Positions 1 through 9,951 of a stretch of DNA of 64,000 bases are shown in pieces. This DNA is from Candidatus Woesebacteria bacterium. GTDB taxonomy: Bacteria > Patescibacteriota > Microgenomatia > UBA8517. Each line of letters opens with the position of its first letter. The stretch's first letter is position 1. The stretch is taken from the NCBI GenBank assembly GCA_963716475.1, contig OY970314.1, positions 436,790-500,789 on the forward strand. Direction: 5' to 3'. The notes under the pieces were generated by a model that saw only the letters and a program-made list of their open reading frames with translations, was not told the DNA's origin and made no database searches. A program made the position numbers and the translations under genes.

Positions 1-225
1 GCAAAATCGGTAATTTCTTTTTCTCTTAATGTTAGTGTCTGAAAATTCTTCATGATTTTTGCCTTTATAATAAAAACCCTATTCCTGAAAAAATGGTGCC
101 ACAAATCTCAGGCCGGAAGCCCCGATGTTTTTCATTTTCATATTAATGTATAATGTCGTCCTGTTCAGGAGTATTGTATATTATTTTGTTTGCGTAAAAA
201 ACATAAAGATGTCACAATTCGGTGA

Positions 226-969
226 ATGAAAAAAATAGTCATAACAGGCGGGTCGGGAAAACTGGGAAAATCCTTAAAAAAGTTTTTTAACGAAGCTCTT
301 TTTCCGTCCCACCACGAGCTTGATATAACGGACAATAAATCTGTCGCCTCATATTTTAAAAAACACCAAGCTGACATCATAATTCATACGGCAGCCATTA
401 CACACGTCCGGCAGTGTGATGCAAACAGAAATTTCGCATGGAATGTTAACGTTCAGGGAACTGTAAATTTATTAAAAATACTACAAAAACAAAAGAATAA
501 CCCCTACTTTATTTTAATATCGACCCCGTGCATTTTTGACGGAAAATCATCTCCCTTTAACGAAGAAAGTATTCCCGATCCAAAAAATTTTTATGGTTTG
601 ACAAAACTTGCCCAAGAGGTTGCACTGCAATCATCGGGATTAAAAAATTGGCTAATCGTCAGAACAAATTTTATTCCGGAGGTCCCTTGGCCTTATCCTA
701 AAGCTTTCAAGGACAGATTTGGTACATATTTATTCAGCGATGATGTTGCTAAGATCATGAAAGACGTTGTGGAAAAAGGGACCACGGGAATAGTACATAT
801 TGTCGGAGATAGAAAGATATCTATGTACCAACTCGCAAAAATGGTGACACCAAAAATAAAACCAATGACCTTTAAAGATTATAGAGGTCCTGAACTTACC
901 GTGGATATGAGCTTGACCAGCAGAAGGTGGAGAAAATATAGGATCGGGTTCGCTAAAAACGCTATATGA
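226..969 (+). CDS. RmlD-like NAD(P)-dependent sugar 4-ketoreductase (dTDP-4-dehydrorhamnose reductase family)
   Basis: N-terminal Rossmann motif VITGGSGKLG. The layout LDITD...ADIIIHTAAIT and a catalytic YxxxK-like region match the RmlD substrate-binding family. 247 aa. Confidence 0.6.
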   Translation: MKKIVITGGSGKLGKSLKKFFNEALFPSHHELDITDNKSVASYFKKHQADIIIHTAAITHVRQCDANRNFAWNVNVQGTVNLLKILQKQKNNPYFILISTPCIFDGKSSPFNEESIPDPKNFYGLTKLAQEVALQSSGLKNWLIVRTNFIPEVPWPYPKAFKDRFGTYLFSDDVAKIMKDVVEKGTTGIVHIVGDRKISMYQLAKMVTPKIKPMTFKDYRGPELTVDMSLTSRRWRKYRIGFAKNAI

Positions 970-2270
970 ATTCTAAATCAAAACCTTCTGTAAAAAATAA
1001 GGTCGTTGCGGTTATTGGTTTGGGGTACGTTGGATTACCCCTGGCGCTGCTTGCCAAAAAAAGAGGTTATGACGTTATAGGTATTGACATAAATAAAGAT
1101 CGGGTAAAAAAAATTAACAACGGCATTTCTCCTATCACTGATAAAAAAATCGAAAAAGATCTTTCTACAACAAAAATCGTAGCTTCTTACGATTACGGCC
1201 TTGTCCAAAAAGCAAACATTATTATTATATGTGTTCCGACTCCCGTGACCAGCATCAAGAAACCGGATTTTAAACCGCTTATTGATAGCTGCAAAGAAAT
1301 CGGTAAAAAGCTGAAAAAGGAGCAACTGGTAATAGTGGAGTCAACCGTAAACCCCGGATCTATCAAAGAAATTGTGGTCCCGGTATTGGAAAAATATTCA
1401 GGTCTTAGAGTAAACAAAGACTTCCGTGTTTCCCATTGTCCTGAAAGAATTGACCCGGGAAACAGCAGGTGGAATGTCGAAAATATCCCAAGAGTTATAG
1501 GAAGCCTCAATAAAGTAGGGTTAACACAAACCAAAAAGTTCTATAAATCAATATTAAACGCACCTTTAAAATCAATGAGTACTATCGAGGAAGCCGAAGC
1601 CGTAAAAATATTTGAGAACAGCTTCAGAGATGTAAATATTGCCTTCGTTAACGAATTTGCAATGTCTTTCAATAAATTCGGCGTTAATATTTTAAATGTT
1701 ATTGATGGTGCTTCAACAAAACCGTTTTCGTTTCTTCCCCACTACCCCGGTTGCGGTGTTGGGGGCCACTGCATACCGGTCGATCCTTATTACATGATCG
1801 ACTACGCGAAAAATAATGGCTTTAATTATGAGCTTCTGGCACTAGCCAGGAAAATTAACAATAATATGCCAAAATTTACCGTGGATTTGACAGTCGACGC
1901 ACTCAAAAAAAATAAAATAAAAATCCGAAAGGCCATTGTTGCGGTTCTGGGACTATCATATAAAAAGGGTATTGCCGATACGCGGGAAACTCCTGCTTTC
2001 GTTATCATTGATCTCCTGAAAAAAAGAGGGATAAAAGTAAAATCATACGATCCTAAAGTGAAAATAAAATCTTCCTCTAAAACATTAACAGATAGCCTGT
2101 ATGGCGCTAACGCCGTCGTTATTGCTACCGATCATGATGAATTCCTGTCCCTGAAACCTAAATATTTTTTGAGTAAAGGAATAAAAATAATAATTGACGG
2201 AAGGAACTGCCTTAAAAGGGAAGAGTTTATTAAATCGGGAATTTATTACCGGGGAATTGGAGTAATTTAA
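966..2270 (+). CDS. Nucleotide-sugar 6-dehydrogenase (UDP-glucose/UDP-ManNAc/UDP-GlcNAc dehydrogenase family)
   Basis: NAD-binding motif VIGLGYVGLPLA at the N-terminus. Catalytic Cys region GGHCIPVDPYY. 434 aa, typical of Ugd/WecC/TviB. Overlaps the upstream gene by 4 nt. Confidence 0.8.
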   Translation: MNSKSKPSVKNKVVAVIGLGYVGLPLALLAKKRGYDVIGIDINKDRVKKINNGISPITDKKIEKDLSTTKIVASYDYGLVQKANIIIICVPTPVTSIKKPDFKPLIDSCKEIGKKLKKEQLVIVESTVNPGSIKEIVVPVLEKYSGLRVNKDFRVSHCPERIDPGNSRWNVENIPRVIGSLNKVGLTQTKKFYKSILNAPLKSMSTIEEAEAVKIFENSFRDVNIAFVNEFAMSFNKFGVNILNVIDGASTKPFSFLPHYPGCGVGGHCIPVDPYYMIDYAKNNGFNYELLALARKINNNMPKFTVDLTVDALKKNKIKIRKAIVAVLGLSYKKGIADTRETPAFVIIDLLKKRGIKVKSYDPKVKIKSSSKTLTDSLYGANAVVIATDHDEFLSLKPKYFLSKGIKIIIDGRNCLKREEFIKSGIYYRGIGVI

Positions 2271-2271
2271 A

Positions 2272-3213
2272 TTGCCAAACAAAAAAACAATCAGAGCCAA
2301 GTCGAATATTCTCATAACGGGTGGTTCCGGGTTTATCGGCATACATCTGATTAAGTATCTTCAAAAACATGGTCACAAAGATATAACTGTTATTGATCTC
2401 ATCTCCCCGAAAGTCAAAGGCATTAAATTTATAAAAAGCGATTTCAATAAGTTAAATATCAAAGCAAAAGCCCTTAAAAATATTGATTACGTCTTCCATT
2501 TCGCAGCCATAGTGGGTGTCGATAAAAGCCGGTTAAGTCCAAAATCAGTTATTCGGATAAATAACGTAAATACGAAGAAATTTATCGACTTGTGTGTAAA
2601 AATGGGTGTTAAGAGATTCATATTCAGTTCCTCTTCCGAAGTTTACGGAAATTCGAAAAATATCCCGTTTAAGGAAAATTCAAAACTACATCCCATTTCC
2701 GAATACGCAAAAAGCAAAATTGAAGTGGAGAAGTATCTTAAGAAATATCAAAACAAATTTAAAAATGGTGTCGGTATCGTAAGGTTTTTCAATGTTTACG
2801 GACCGGGTCAGAGAAAAGATTTCGTAATCAGCAAATTTATAGATAACGCAAGATCCGGAAAAGCCATTAAAATCCTCGGGGACGGGAATCAAACTCGGTG
2901 CTTTACTTATGTAGCCGATGCCATCGAGGGTCTTTACCGCGTATTCAAATACAACAAAAGTCGATATGAAATATTTAATATCGGTAGTAATCAGGAACAT
3001 ACAGTCAACGAATTGCCAAAAATTATTTTGAAAAATTTTCCCGGGTCTAAATCAAAGATCGTGCATGTTGGATATGGAAATGGTCAAAGGGGTTGCGACT
3101 TAGAGATCATACGGCGTGTTCCTGCAGTTTACAAAGCATTTAAATTACTGGGATTCACCGCAAAAACTACATTAAAAAGTGGAGTAAAACAATTTGTTGA
3201 AAATTCATCATAA
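2272..3213 (+). CDS. NAD-dependent epimerase/dehydratase (UDP-glucuronate decarboxylase / UDP-sugar 4-epimerase-like short-chain dehydrogenase/reductase)
   Basis: ILITGGSGFIGIHL Rossmann motif and a YAKSK catalytic YxxxK. 313 aa. Begins with a TTG start directly after the dehydrogenase. Confidence 0.7.
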   Translation: MPNKKTIRAKSNILITGGSGFIGIHLIKYLQKHGHKDITVIDLISPKVKGIKFIKSDFNKLNIKAKALKNIDYVFHFAAIVGVDKSRLSPKSVIRINNVNTKKFIDLCVKMGVKRFIFSSSSEVYGNSKNIPFKENSKLHPISEYAKSKIEVEKYLKKYQNKFKNGVGIVRFFNVYGPGQRKDFVISKFIDNARSGKAIKILGDGNQTRCFTYVADAIEGLYRVFKYNKSRYEIFNIGSNQEHTVNELPKIILKNFPGSKSKIVHVGYGNGQRGCDLEIIRRVPAVYKAFKLLGFTAKTTLKSGVKQFVENSS

Positions 3214-5466
3214 TCGTGTCTTAAACACGTAAACATTATTCTCCGAAAATATTTGGGTTCCATACGTCATTTTATAATTATCCGTCCCTTCGACTATCAA
3301 GTAGTGTATCTTGGAGTTACCGTCAATTAAAGCTCCCCGAACCGTTAAAAGGTAAATGTAGTTATCGGCAAAATTATTTTCAAACTGGTCATTTGTACCG
3401 ATTCTGCTCAGAGAAAAAGGCATCCCTTTAGAATCACCCAGAATTACATCGGTAATTTTTAGTTGTGTTGAATAGGGAACCAGGCCTATTTTGTAATCTA
3501 TAGGAGGTGCCTCCTGAAAATACCAATTGGTTTTAATTAGCCCGTAAATTCCGATAGTACCTAGTGCCAAAGTACAAACTATAAGGGTTAGCCTTTTCTT
3601 AAATAATTTGTCAAGGATATACGCAACCAAAATCATAGGAATGGGGAAAATTACCAAATAGTAATGTCCTGGGGGGTTTCCGTGAATAAAAAGACCGATA
3701 TAACTTACCAGTAAATTTATTATTAAAAGGTAAAACGGCATTTCCTTATCTCTGTTTTTGAATAATTTACTGACCAAATAAACAGAACTAATTGCTACCA
3801 GAATAAATAAAATAAGAGATATCGTTCCTTCGTATCCTACCAATGAGTCGGAGAAGAACTTATAAATCGAATAAAAATTCTCTGATAATATAGCCGTATT
3901 TACGGTATTTTTTTGATATACACCAAAAAATCCTAAAATACGGTACGGGATCCAACTCAACAGTTGTATCGTGATATTAAACTTATCTGAAATTTCGTAA
4001 ATAAAAAAGGTAATATTGGGAATTAAAAATCCCAAAACAAAATGTAATATGTATTTGAACTTTGGTTTAACCCGGTAAAAAAGAAAACAAACAACCAACG
4101 CAGGGATCAAGAGGAGGGGGCTGGGGAAAAAACTCATTGTCAAACCCAAAACAATTCCTAACTTAAATAAACTCTTACCCTCATCCTTTATCGAATCCCT
4201 TAAATACAAGAGATAAGGTAAAAATAAAATTGCGACAACTGGATTGTAACGGGAGTTTCTTGTTTGTAATATCCATGCGGGAGAAACCGCCACCAAAAAA
4301 GATGAGATTAAGGCAATGTTTTGATTAAATAATTTTTTAACATAATAGTAGCAAACCAAAATCGACAGCGCCCCCACTACTCCCCAAAAAACATTGATTA
4401 CGATAGGATTGTAATTCCAAATTAACAGTAGAATTATGTAAATCCAGTATGCAATCGGGGGTATGAAAAACCATTCGTGAGAAGTCCTGGGTCCTATTAG
4501 AAACGTCCGCGTACCGTGGATTATGTTCCAGACATTCGTATAGTCGGTTCCCACCTCTCCACCATAAAGAATGTTTGGATAAAATCTGTAAAATCTTAGA
4601 ATTGTAGCAAGCGCCAGAATACCCAAGAGTACTAATGTGTATTTGGAAAATCTAGCAAAACTTTCTACCAATAAAGCAGACAAAATTCCGTAATGCTTTT
4701 TAAAATATAGAAATCTGCTTTTTCTATTTATTGCTTTTGCCTCCGGTGATTCCTTAGGGGTTCCTTTAGATTCAAGATGAAGCGCCTCAGATCCTGCATT
4801 AAAATACAATTTCCAGCCTTTTTTATCAAGTCTTTTAGAAACATCGTTTTCTTCAAAATAAAGAAAAAGGTCTTTATCGAAACTCCCCATATCTTCATAG
4901 GCATTTCTTCTCATCATGAATGCCGCCAGTTGTACAACATCAACCCTTCTGGATGTATTTCTATCCCAATCACTCATCAGATGACGCTTAACAATATAGT
5001 TATTTGGAAACATTTTGTTTATAAATGACAAATAAAAAACGCCTCTCAAGGGTGTCAATTCGAGTGTTGTGCTTAAATAGGGTTTACCTGATACGTTTTT
5101 TATTCTCGGGGAAACAATGGCAATCTTTTTATTTTTTTGTAGAACTTTATAAGCATGACTTAATACTTTGTCATTAATCAAGATATCTGAGTCAATAGAA
5201 AATATATATTCGCCTTTAGTCTTATTAAACCCCAAATTATGACCCCCAGACCATCCTAGGTTTTTAGAGGTAGGTATATATTTTATCCAAGGGTATTTAC
5301 GAAGAATCCTATTCTTTTCGAGTTTTTCTTCATTGTTATCGACTAATATAACCTCAGCCAGTTTGAATTTCGTTTTAGCTTTTGCAAGCGAATCCAAACA
5401 TTTGAAGACTTCGTTTCCGTGTCCGTAGTGAACAACAACAACCGAAATTTTATTATTTTTCTGCAT
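3208..5466 (-). CDS. Family-2 glycosyltransferase fused to a large polytopic membrane domain (GT-C/ArnT/PMT-like)
   Basis: The N-terminal roughly 250 aa show the GT2 signature (SVVVVHYGHG...VILVDNN...IDSDILIND). The C-terminal roughly 480 aa are very hydrophobic with more than 10 predicted helices. 752 aa. Confidence 0.65.
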   Translation of the reverse strand: MQKNNKISVVVVHYGHGNEVFKCLDSLAKAKTKFKLAEVILVDNNEEKLEKNRILRKYPWIKYIPTSKNLGWSGGHNLGFNKTKGEYIFSIDSDILINDKVLSHAYKVLQKNKKIAIVSPRIKNVSGKPYLSTTLELTPLRGVFYLSFINKMFPNNYIVKRHLMSDWDRNTSRRVDVVQLAAFMMRRNAYEDMGSFDKDLFLYFEENDVSKRLDKKGWKLYFNAGSEALHLESKGTPKESPEAKAINRKSRFLYFKKHYGILSALLVESFARFSKYTLVLLGILALATILRFYRFYPNILYGGEVGTDYTNVWNIIHGTRTFLIGPRTSHEWFFIPPIAYWIYIILLLIWNYNPIVINVFWGVVGALSILVCYYYVKKLFNQNIALISSFLVAVSPAWILQTRNSRYNPVVAILFLPYLLYLRDSIKDEGKSLFKLGIVLGLTMSFFPSPLLLIPALVVCFLFYRVKPKFKYILHFVLGFLIPNITFFIYEISDKFNITIQLLSWIPYRILGFFGVYQKNTVNTAILSENFYSIYKFFSDSLVGYEGTISLILFILVAISSVYLVSKLFKNRDKEMPFYLLIINLLVSYIGLFIHGNPPGHYYLVIFPIPMILVAYILDKLFKKRLTLIVCTLALGTIGIYGLIKTNWYFQEAPPIDYKIGLVPYSTQLKITDVILGDSKGMPFSLSRIGTNDQFENNFADNYIYLLTVRGALIDGNSKIHYLIVEGTDNYKMTYGTQIFSENNVYVFKTRL

Positions 5467-5533
5467 ATATACGCGAAGTTTATCACAGCTTCATTTATTA
5501 CAATAATGTTTAAGTGGTAGAATACTTTGTTAT

Positions 5534-6367
5534 ATGGAAATTAACCAAAAATTGCCTCAAATCTATTTAGATCTATTAAAGAAAAGTCTGACAAGATATG
5601 TCTTTGATGATGGGTATCTCAGTCTCTACTTCAGAAATCATGGAAGGTTTAAACACCTACTATATCGAACCATCGGGAAAGTATTAGATCCGTTCTCGCT
5701 AGAACTTGTTAAACATAACCAGTTTAATCCAAAGGTACGTGAGCTTGGTAAAGACTGGCCAGCAACGGCTGATACCATGATCGGTTTGGTTGGCCTCAAT
5801 AATATTCAAGAATGTGTTGTAAATATCCTAAAAAAAGATATTCCGGGAGATTTAATAGAAACGGGTGTCTGGAGAGGTGGAGCAACGATTTTCATGCGCG
5901 GTATATTGAAAACTTACAATATTAGGGATCGCAAAGTATGGGTCGCTGATTCATTTGCTGGTTTACCTAAACCATCGAATGATCGTTTTAAAGAGGATAT
6001 GATAGACCATCTGGACACTTACCCCCAACTAAGAGTTTCTTTAAAAGAAGTTAAAATAAATTTTTCAAAATACGGATTACTCGATAACCAAGTCAAATTT
6101 CTTGTTGGTTGGTTTAAAGACACTCTTCCAAAAGCTCAAATTAAGCACCTGTCTTTGCTACGTTTAGATGGTGACATGTATGAATCCACCATGGTTGCTT
6201 TAAAAGCTTTATATCCAAAACTTTCAATTGGGGGTTATGTAATTATTGACGATTACTGCCTTCCTCAATGTAAAACTGCCACTAACGACTATAGACGGTT
6301 AATGAAAATCAAAGATCCAGTTCACGCTATCGGTAACACGGGTATCTTTTGGAGGAGAACAAGATAA
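5534..6367 (+). CDS. TylF/MycF-family SAM-dependent O-methyltransferase (macrocin O-methyltransferase-like)
   Basis: Motifs GVWRGGATIFMRGIL and LRLDGDMYESTMVALKALYPKLSIGGYVIIDDY are characteristic of the TylF family. 277 aa. Confidence 0.7.
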   Translation: MEINQKLPQIYLDLLKKSLTRYVFDDGYLSLYFRNHGRFKHLLYRTIGKVLDPFSLELVKHNQFNPKVRELGKDWPATADTMIGLVGLNNIQECVVNILKKDIPGDLIETGVWRGGATIFMRGILKTYNIRDRKVWVADSFAGLPKPSNDRFKEDMIDHLDTYPQLRVSLKEVKINFSKYGLLDNQVKFLVGWFKDTLPKAQIKHLSLLRLDGDMYESTMVALKALYPKLSIGGYVIIDDYCLPQCKTATNDYRRLMKIKDPVHAIGNTGIFWRRTR

Positions 6368-6391
6368 TTAAAACACTTTTGTAGTCTCCCT

Positions 6392-7663
6392 CTATTTTGA
6401 AAGAATCGGGTTTGGTAGAGGAATAATAAACCTTCCTCCTTTCTTTAAGTAATCTTTTTCCTTTTCTATAATGCTGTCTTTGTAATCCCAAGCAAAGATG
6501 AGGGTGTTTCTTATGGTATCTTTTCTGAATACGTACGGAGAAACTATTGGTATATGCGTTCCCGGGGTATATTTACCTTGTCTTTCCGGTGAATCATCCA
6601 CTATATAATCCAACATATTATTATCGATTCCACAGAAATTCGATAATGTGTTTGCTCGTCCACCTGCACCGTAACCTGCGATTCTTTGATTGCTTCTTTT
6701 TATATTAAGAAGAAGTTTCCTAAGTTCTAGTTTATGTTTGTAAACCTTTTTAGAAAAATCCCTCAAATAACTTTCTTTAAATATTTCGGACTTGGTTTCA
6801 CTTTTAATCAGTTCCACAACCCTTTTGTTAACCTTCCTAGAATGGTGGTTCTTAAATTTTACAAAGATTCTAATGGTACCTGAATGGATCGGAATTCTTT
6901 TAACATCAAATATTTCAAGATCGTATTTACTTAAAAACGGAACTAACGAATACAAACTGTAATAACTCAAATGTTCACCGTAGAAAAAATCGTATTGCAT
7001 TTTTTCCAATAAATCTGCCAGATAATGCACTTCAAAAACCAATATCCCTTTTGGATTAAGAAGCTTAATAATACCTTTGAAAACATTATTCATATCGTCA
7101 ATATGGGCTAAAACATTATTTGCCAAAATCATATCTGCTTTCCCATATTCCTTTACAATATTTTTTGCAGTTTTATCTCCAAAATAATCAACAATTGTTT
7201 TAACTCCCTTCTTTTCTGCTACTTTTGCAATATTTCTTGCGGGATCAACACCCAATACTTTATATCCCATTTTTTTTAAGGGTAACAGCAAGACCCCGTC
7301 ATTACTGCCTATTTCTACAATGAATGATTTTTTCTTGAGAAATCTCTTTTTCATTTCATTTGCATATTTTTGGAAATAACCCGATAGGCTAACCGAAGAA
7401 AGATAAAAATACTTTTCAAATAAAACCTTTTGGGGAATAAGATCTAAATTTTGTACAAGTCCACATTTTCTACAAAAGTATATTCTTAATGGATAAAAAT
7501 ACTCTTGGCCCAATTCTTTTTCAGTAAGGTAGTTACCCGCATGGGGCATGTACCCGAGATCCAATAACTTTACTAATTTCTTGCTTTCACAAAATCTACA
7601 CGACTTTCTTATTTTAAATTTACCAAGTCTAATTTTCCTTTTCATTTCAGTGTAGTTTATCAA
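6392..7663 (-). CDS. NDP-hexose C-methyltransferase (TcaB9/TylC3-like)
   Basis: N-terminal Zn-ribbon CRFCES...CRKCG, a SAM-binding block VEIGSNDG, then a C-terminal domain with GYGAGGRANTLSNFCGI, TPGTHIPIV and FAWDY. This matches the TcaB9 three-domain architecture. 423 aa. Confidence 0.75.
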   Translation of the reverse strand: MINYTEMKRKIRLGKFKIRKSCRFCESKKLVKLLDLGYMPHAGNYLTEKELGQEYFYPLRIYFCRKCGLVQNLDLIPQKVLFEKYFYLSSVSLSGYFQKYANEMKKRFLKKKSFIVEIGSNDGVLLLPLKKMGYKVLGVDPARNIAKVAEKKGVKTIVDYFGDKTAKNIVKEYGKADMILANNVLAHIDDMNNVFKGIIKLLNPKGILVFEVHYLADLLEKMQYDFFYGEHLSYYSLYSLVPFLSKYDLEIFDVKRIPIHSGTIRIFVKFKNHHSRKVNKRVVELIKSETKSEIFKESYLRDFSKKVYKHKLELRKLLLNIKRSNQRIAGYGAGGRANTLSNFCGIDNNMLDYIVDDSPERQGKYTPGTHIPIVSPYVFRKDTIRNTLIFAWDYKDSIIEKEKDYLKKGGRFIIPLPNPILSK

Positions 7664-7709
7664 AAAAGTACATATGTTATCACAGATCTAAAACAACCCG
7701 TGAAAAGCG

Positions 7710-8738
7710 TTAAGAAAGGATCTTTTCTTTTTTAAGGAGAATCCTGATATCGCCTTTTGACATTAAGGGGGTCGTGTCCGATGAATACCTAAATTCCTTA
7801 ATCTTGTAATTCAGAGTTTTGTAAGAAAAGCCCTGCTTTCCCGTTTCTATTTGGGGAAGGACTACGTAATGGTCTTTCTTTTTTATTGTTTTAAGTGACT
7901 CCATCGGCGATATCAGTGTTTCGTGAAGCTTTTCTCCTGGCCTGATACCTATTTCAATAATCTTTCTATTCTTAGCCTTCGAATTTTCTATCATCACCTC
8001 CGCAAGATCGTAAATTTTAAGAGGTCTGATCATGGGTATGAATATTTCCCCACCTTTCATTTTATTTAGAGCCGTGAACACCAATTGTGTTGCACTTTTT
8101 AGAGTTAAAACAAAACGAGTCATGTTTTTATCGGTTACAGTAAGATAACCGCCTTCCGAAATTTGCTTTTTAAATAATGGAATTATAGAACCACGTGATT
8201 CAAGAACGTTTCCATATCTAACCGATGCAAACCTTGTTTTTTTGGACCCTGTTTGGTTATTTGCTAAAGTAAATATTCTCTCCTGTATTCCCTTAGTCAT
8301 TCCCATAACGTTAATTGGCTCTACAGCTTTATCGGTACTAATTGATAAAACTTTGGATGCACCTACCCAAATAGCTGCATCAACTACATTTTGAGCACCT
8401 AAAATATTCGTCCTTACTGCTTCGAGAACATTGTATTCGGTAGATGGAATTTGTTTTAAAGCGGCCGCATGAATTATATAATCCACACCTCCAACCATAG
8501 CTTTTTTCAAAGAGGAGAGATCACGTACATCTCCAATCACAAACCTCAATTTATCTTTATATGCTTTCAGTTCGAATTGTAAAGAATACTGTCTGTCTTC
8601 GTCCCTGGAGTAAACAACGACCTGCTGGGGTCTCTCCTTTAGAATCTCTTTAACAAAAAAGGATCCGAATGATCCTGTACCTCCCGTAATTAATATTTTT
8701 TTATTCTTAAAGATGTTGTTCATTCTACCCTTTTTCAC
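7710..8738 (-). CDS. UDP-N-acetylglucosamine 4,6-dehydratase (PseB/FlaA1/CapD family)
   Basis: N-terminus KKILITGGTGSFGSFFVKEIL plus an STDKAVEPINVMGMTKG catalytic region. 342 aa, typical of PseB-type short dehydratases. Confidence 0.75.
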   Translation of the reverse strand: MKKGRMNNIFKNKKILITGGTGSFGSFFVKEILKERPQQVVVYSRDEDRQYSLQFELKAYKDKLRFVIGDVRDLSSLKKAMVGGVDYIIHAAALKQIPSTEYNVLEAVRTNILGAQNVVDAAIWVGASKVLSISTDKAVEPINVMGMTKGIQERIFTLANNQTGSKKTRFASVRYGNVLESRGSIIPLFKKQISEGGYLTVTDKNMTRFVLTLKSATQLVFTALNKMKGGEIFIPMIRPLKIYDLAEVMIENSKAKNRKIIEIGIRPGEKLHETLISPMESLKTIKKKDHYVVLPQIETGKQGFSYKTLNYKIKEFRYSSDTTPLMSKGDIRILLKKEKILS

Positions 8739-9951
8739 CCAGAGTCTTTCCGACGTAGTATACAGTGAAGGGCAGAGATACTACTGTACCGATAATGGCC
8801 GCCAATCCGGCCCCAATGATACCATAACTTCTCACCAAAGGCACGATTGTTATTAAAAGTCCAATTGTGCTTATTATTACAACTATTGTGGCATATTTCT
8901 GTTTGACCCGAGCCACGAGCAAAGATGATGATGACGTGGCTATCCCTCTTGTTACCCCTAGAATAGTTAATAGCTTGACAATAGGAACGGCCATTTCCCA
9001 TCCTTTTCCAAGTAATATTTCAACGATTGGTGTTGCAAAAACAAAGATAAAAACTCCAGAGCAAATCATAAGCACGGATGTTACTAAAAAATTCTTAATA
9101 AATGCTCGTTTAAGTCTTGATACATCATCCGAAATCTTTGAAAAAATAACAAACGTGACACTAAAAAAGACACCACCCACCTCGGTTAATGGAGCTGTGG
9201 ATATTTTATAAGCGTTTGAATATATTCCAAGCGGTGCCACCCCAAGCATTCTGCCAACTATTATGTTGTCGCTAGTTGTATAAATATAATCAAAGATACC
9301 GTATAAAGTAATCCATTTCCCCCGGTTTATAATTCTTTTCAACTTATCGACCTCGTAAGAAAATTTTGGTTTAGGACCGACAACTAGAAAGGTATAAATA
9401 ACCTCATACAATGCTCCACCAATGAGCCCCAACACTAATCCTAGGGGTGATTTGGTAATATACGCTCCGAAGACTGATAACAATGACTCTACAAAAAATA
9501 CCGAGGTGTTATAGAAATATTGTTTTTCAAACCGTAATTCTTTTTGAAACCTGATGACAGATGGATTTATAAAGCCTCGTATTAAGGGAACTGCTGCAAC
9601 AAAATAGAGAAGAATTCTAGCATCGGGGGAATTGAAAAATTTTGAAACAAATCCTGAAGTAACTGCTATAAGTAATGATATTAAAACACCTCTGACTATG
9701 GAAACAACCCATGCAGTATTAACATATTCTTCTAAATTGTCCCTTTCCTGAACTAAAAATATATTTATCCCTGTCTCTGTAATAATTTCCAAAAACCCTA
9801 ACGATATAGTAGCTATTGCATATATACCAAGATTAAAAGGTGACAATAGATGGGCAATAATCGCAATTCGTACAATACCAAGAATCCGATAAGAGACTCT
9901 AAATGCCCCCATCCACGTCACCCCTTTTATTGCGTCTTTTAAATACCCCAT
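8725..9951 (-). CDS. Polysaccharide/oligosaccharide flippase (Wzx, MOP superfamily)
   Basis: 408 aa, about 12 predicted TM helices, composition typical of Wzx. Lies inside the glycan operon and overlaps its neighbours. Confidence 0.6.
   Translation of the reverse strand: MGYLKDAIKGVTWMGAFRVSYRILGIVRIAIIAHLLSPFNLGIYAIATISLGFLEIITETGINIFLVQERDNLEEYVNTAWVVSIVRGVLISLLIAVTSGFVSKFFNSPDARILLYFVAAVPLIRGFINPSVIRFQKELRFEKQYFYNTSVFFVESLLSVFGAYITKSPLGLVLGLIGGALYEVIYTFLVVGPKPKFSYEVDKLKRIINRGKWITLYGIFDYIYTTSDNIIVGRMLGVAPLGIYSNAYKISTAPLTEVGGVFFSVTFVIFSKISDDVSRLKRAFIKNFLVTSVLMICSGVFIFVFATPIVEILLGKGWEMAVPIVKLLTILGVTRGIATSSSSLLVARVKQKYATIVVIISTIGLLITIVPLVRSYGIIGAGLAAIIGTVVSLPFTVYYVGKTLGEKG

Noticed and set aside
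165-380. 71-aa minus-strand ORF overlapping the start of the RmlD-like gene
   Set aside because: Antisense to a well-supported CDS, no motifs, in the upstream/promoter region. Treated as spurious.
1035-2342. Several 60-113-aa antisense ORFs inside the dehydrogenase gene, and similar antisense ORFs inside ileS, ftsA, ftsZ, murC-B, mraY, murF, glmS, murA and others
   Set aside because: They are fully contained in the opposite strand of strongly supported genes and have low-complexity or atypical composition. Overprinting in AT-rich DNA is expected by chance.
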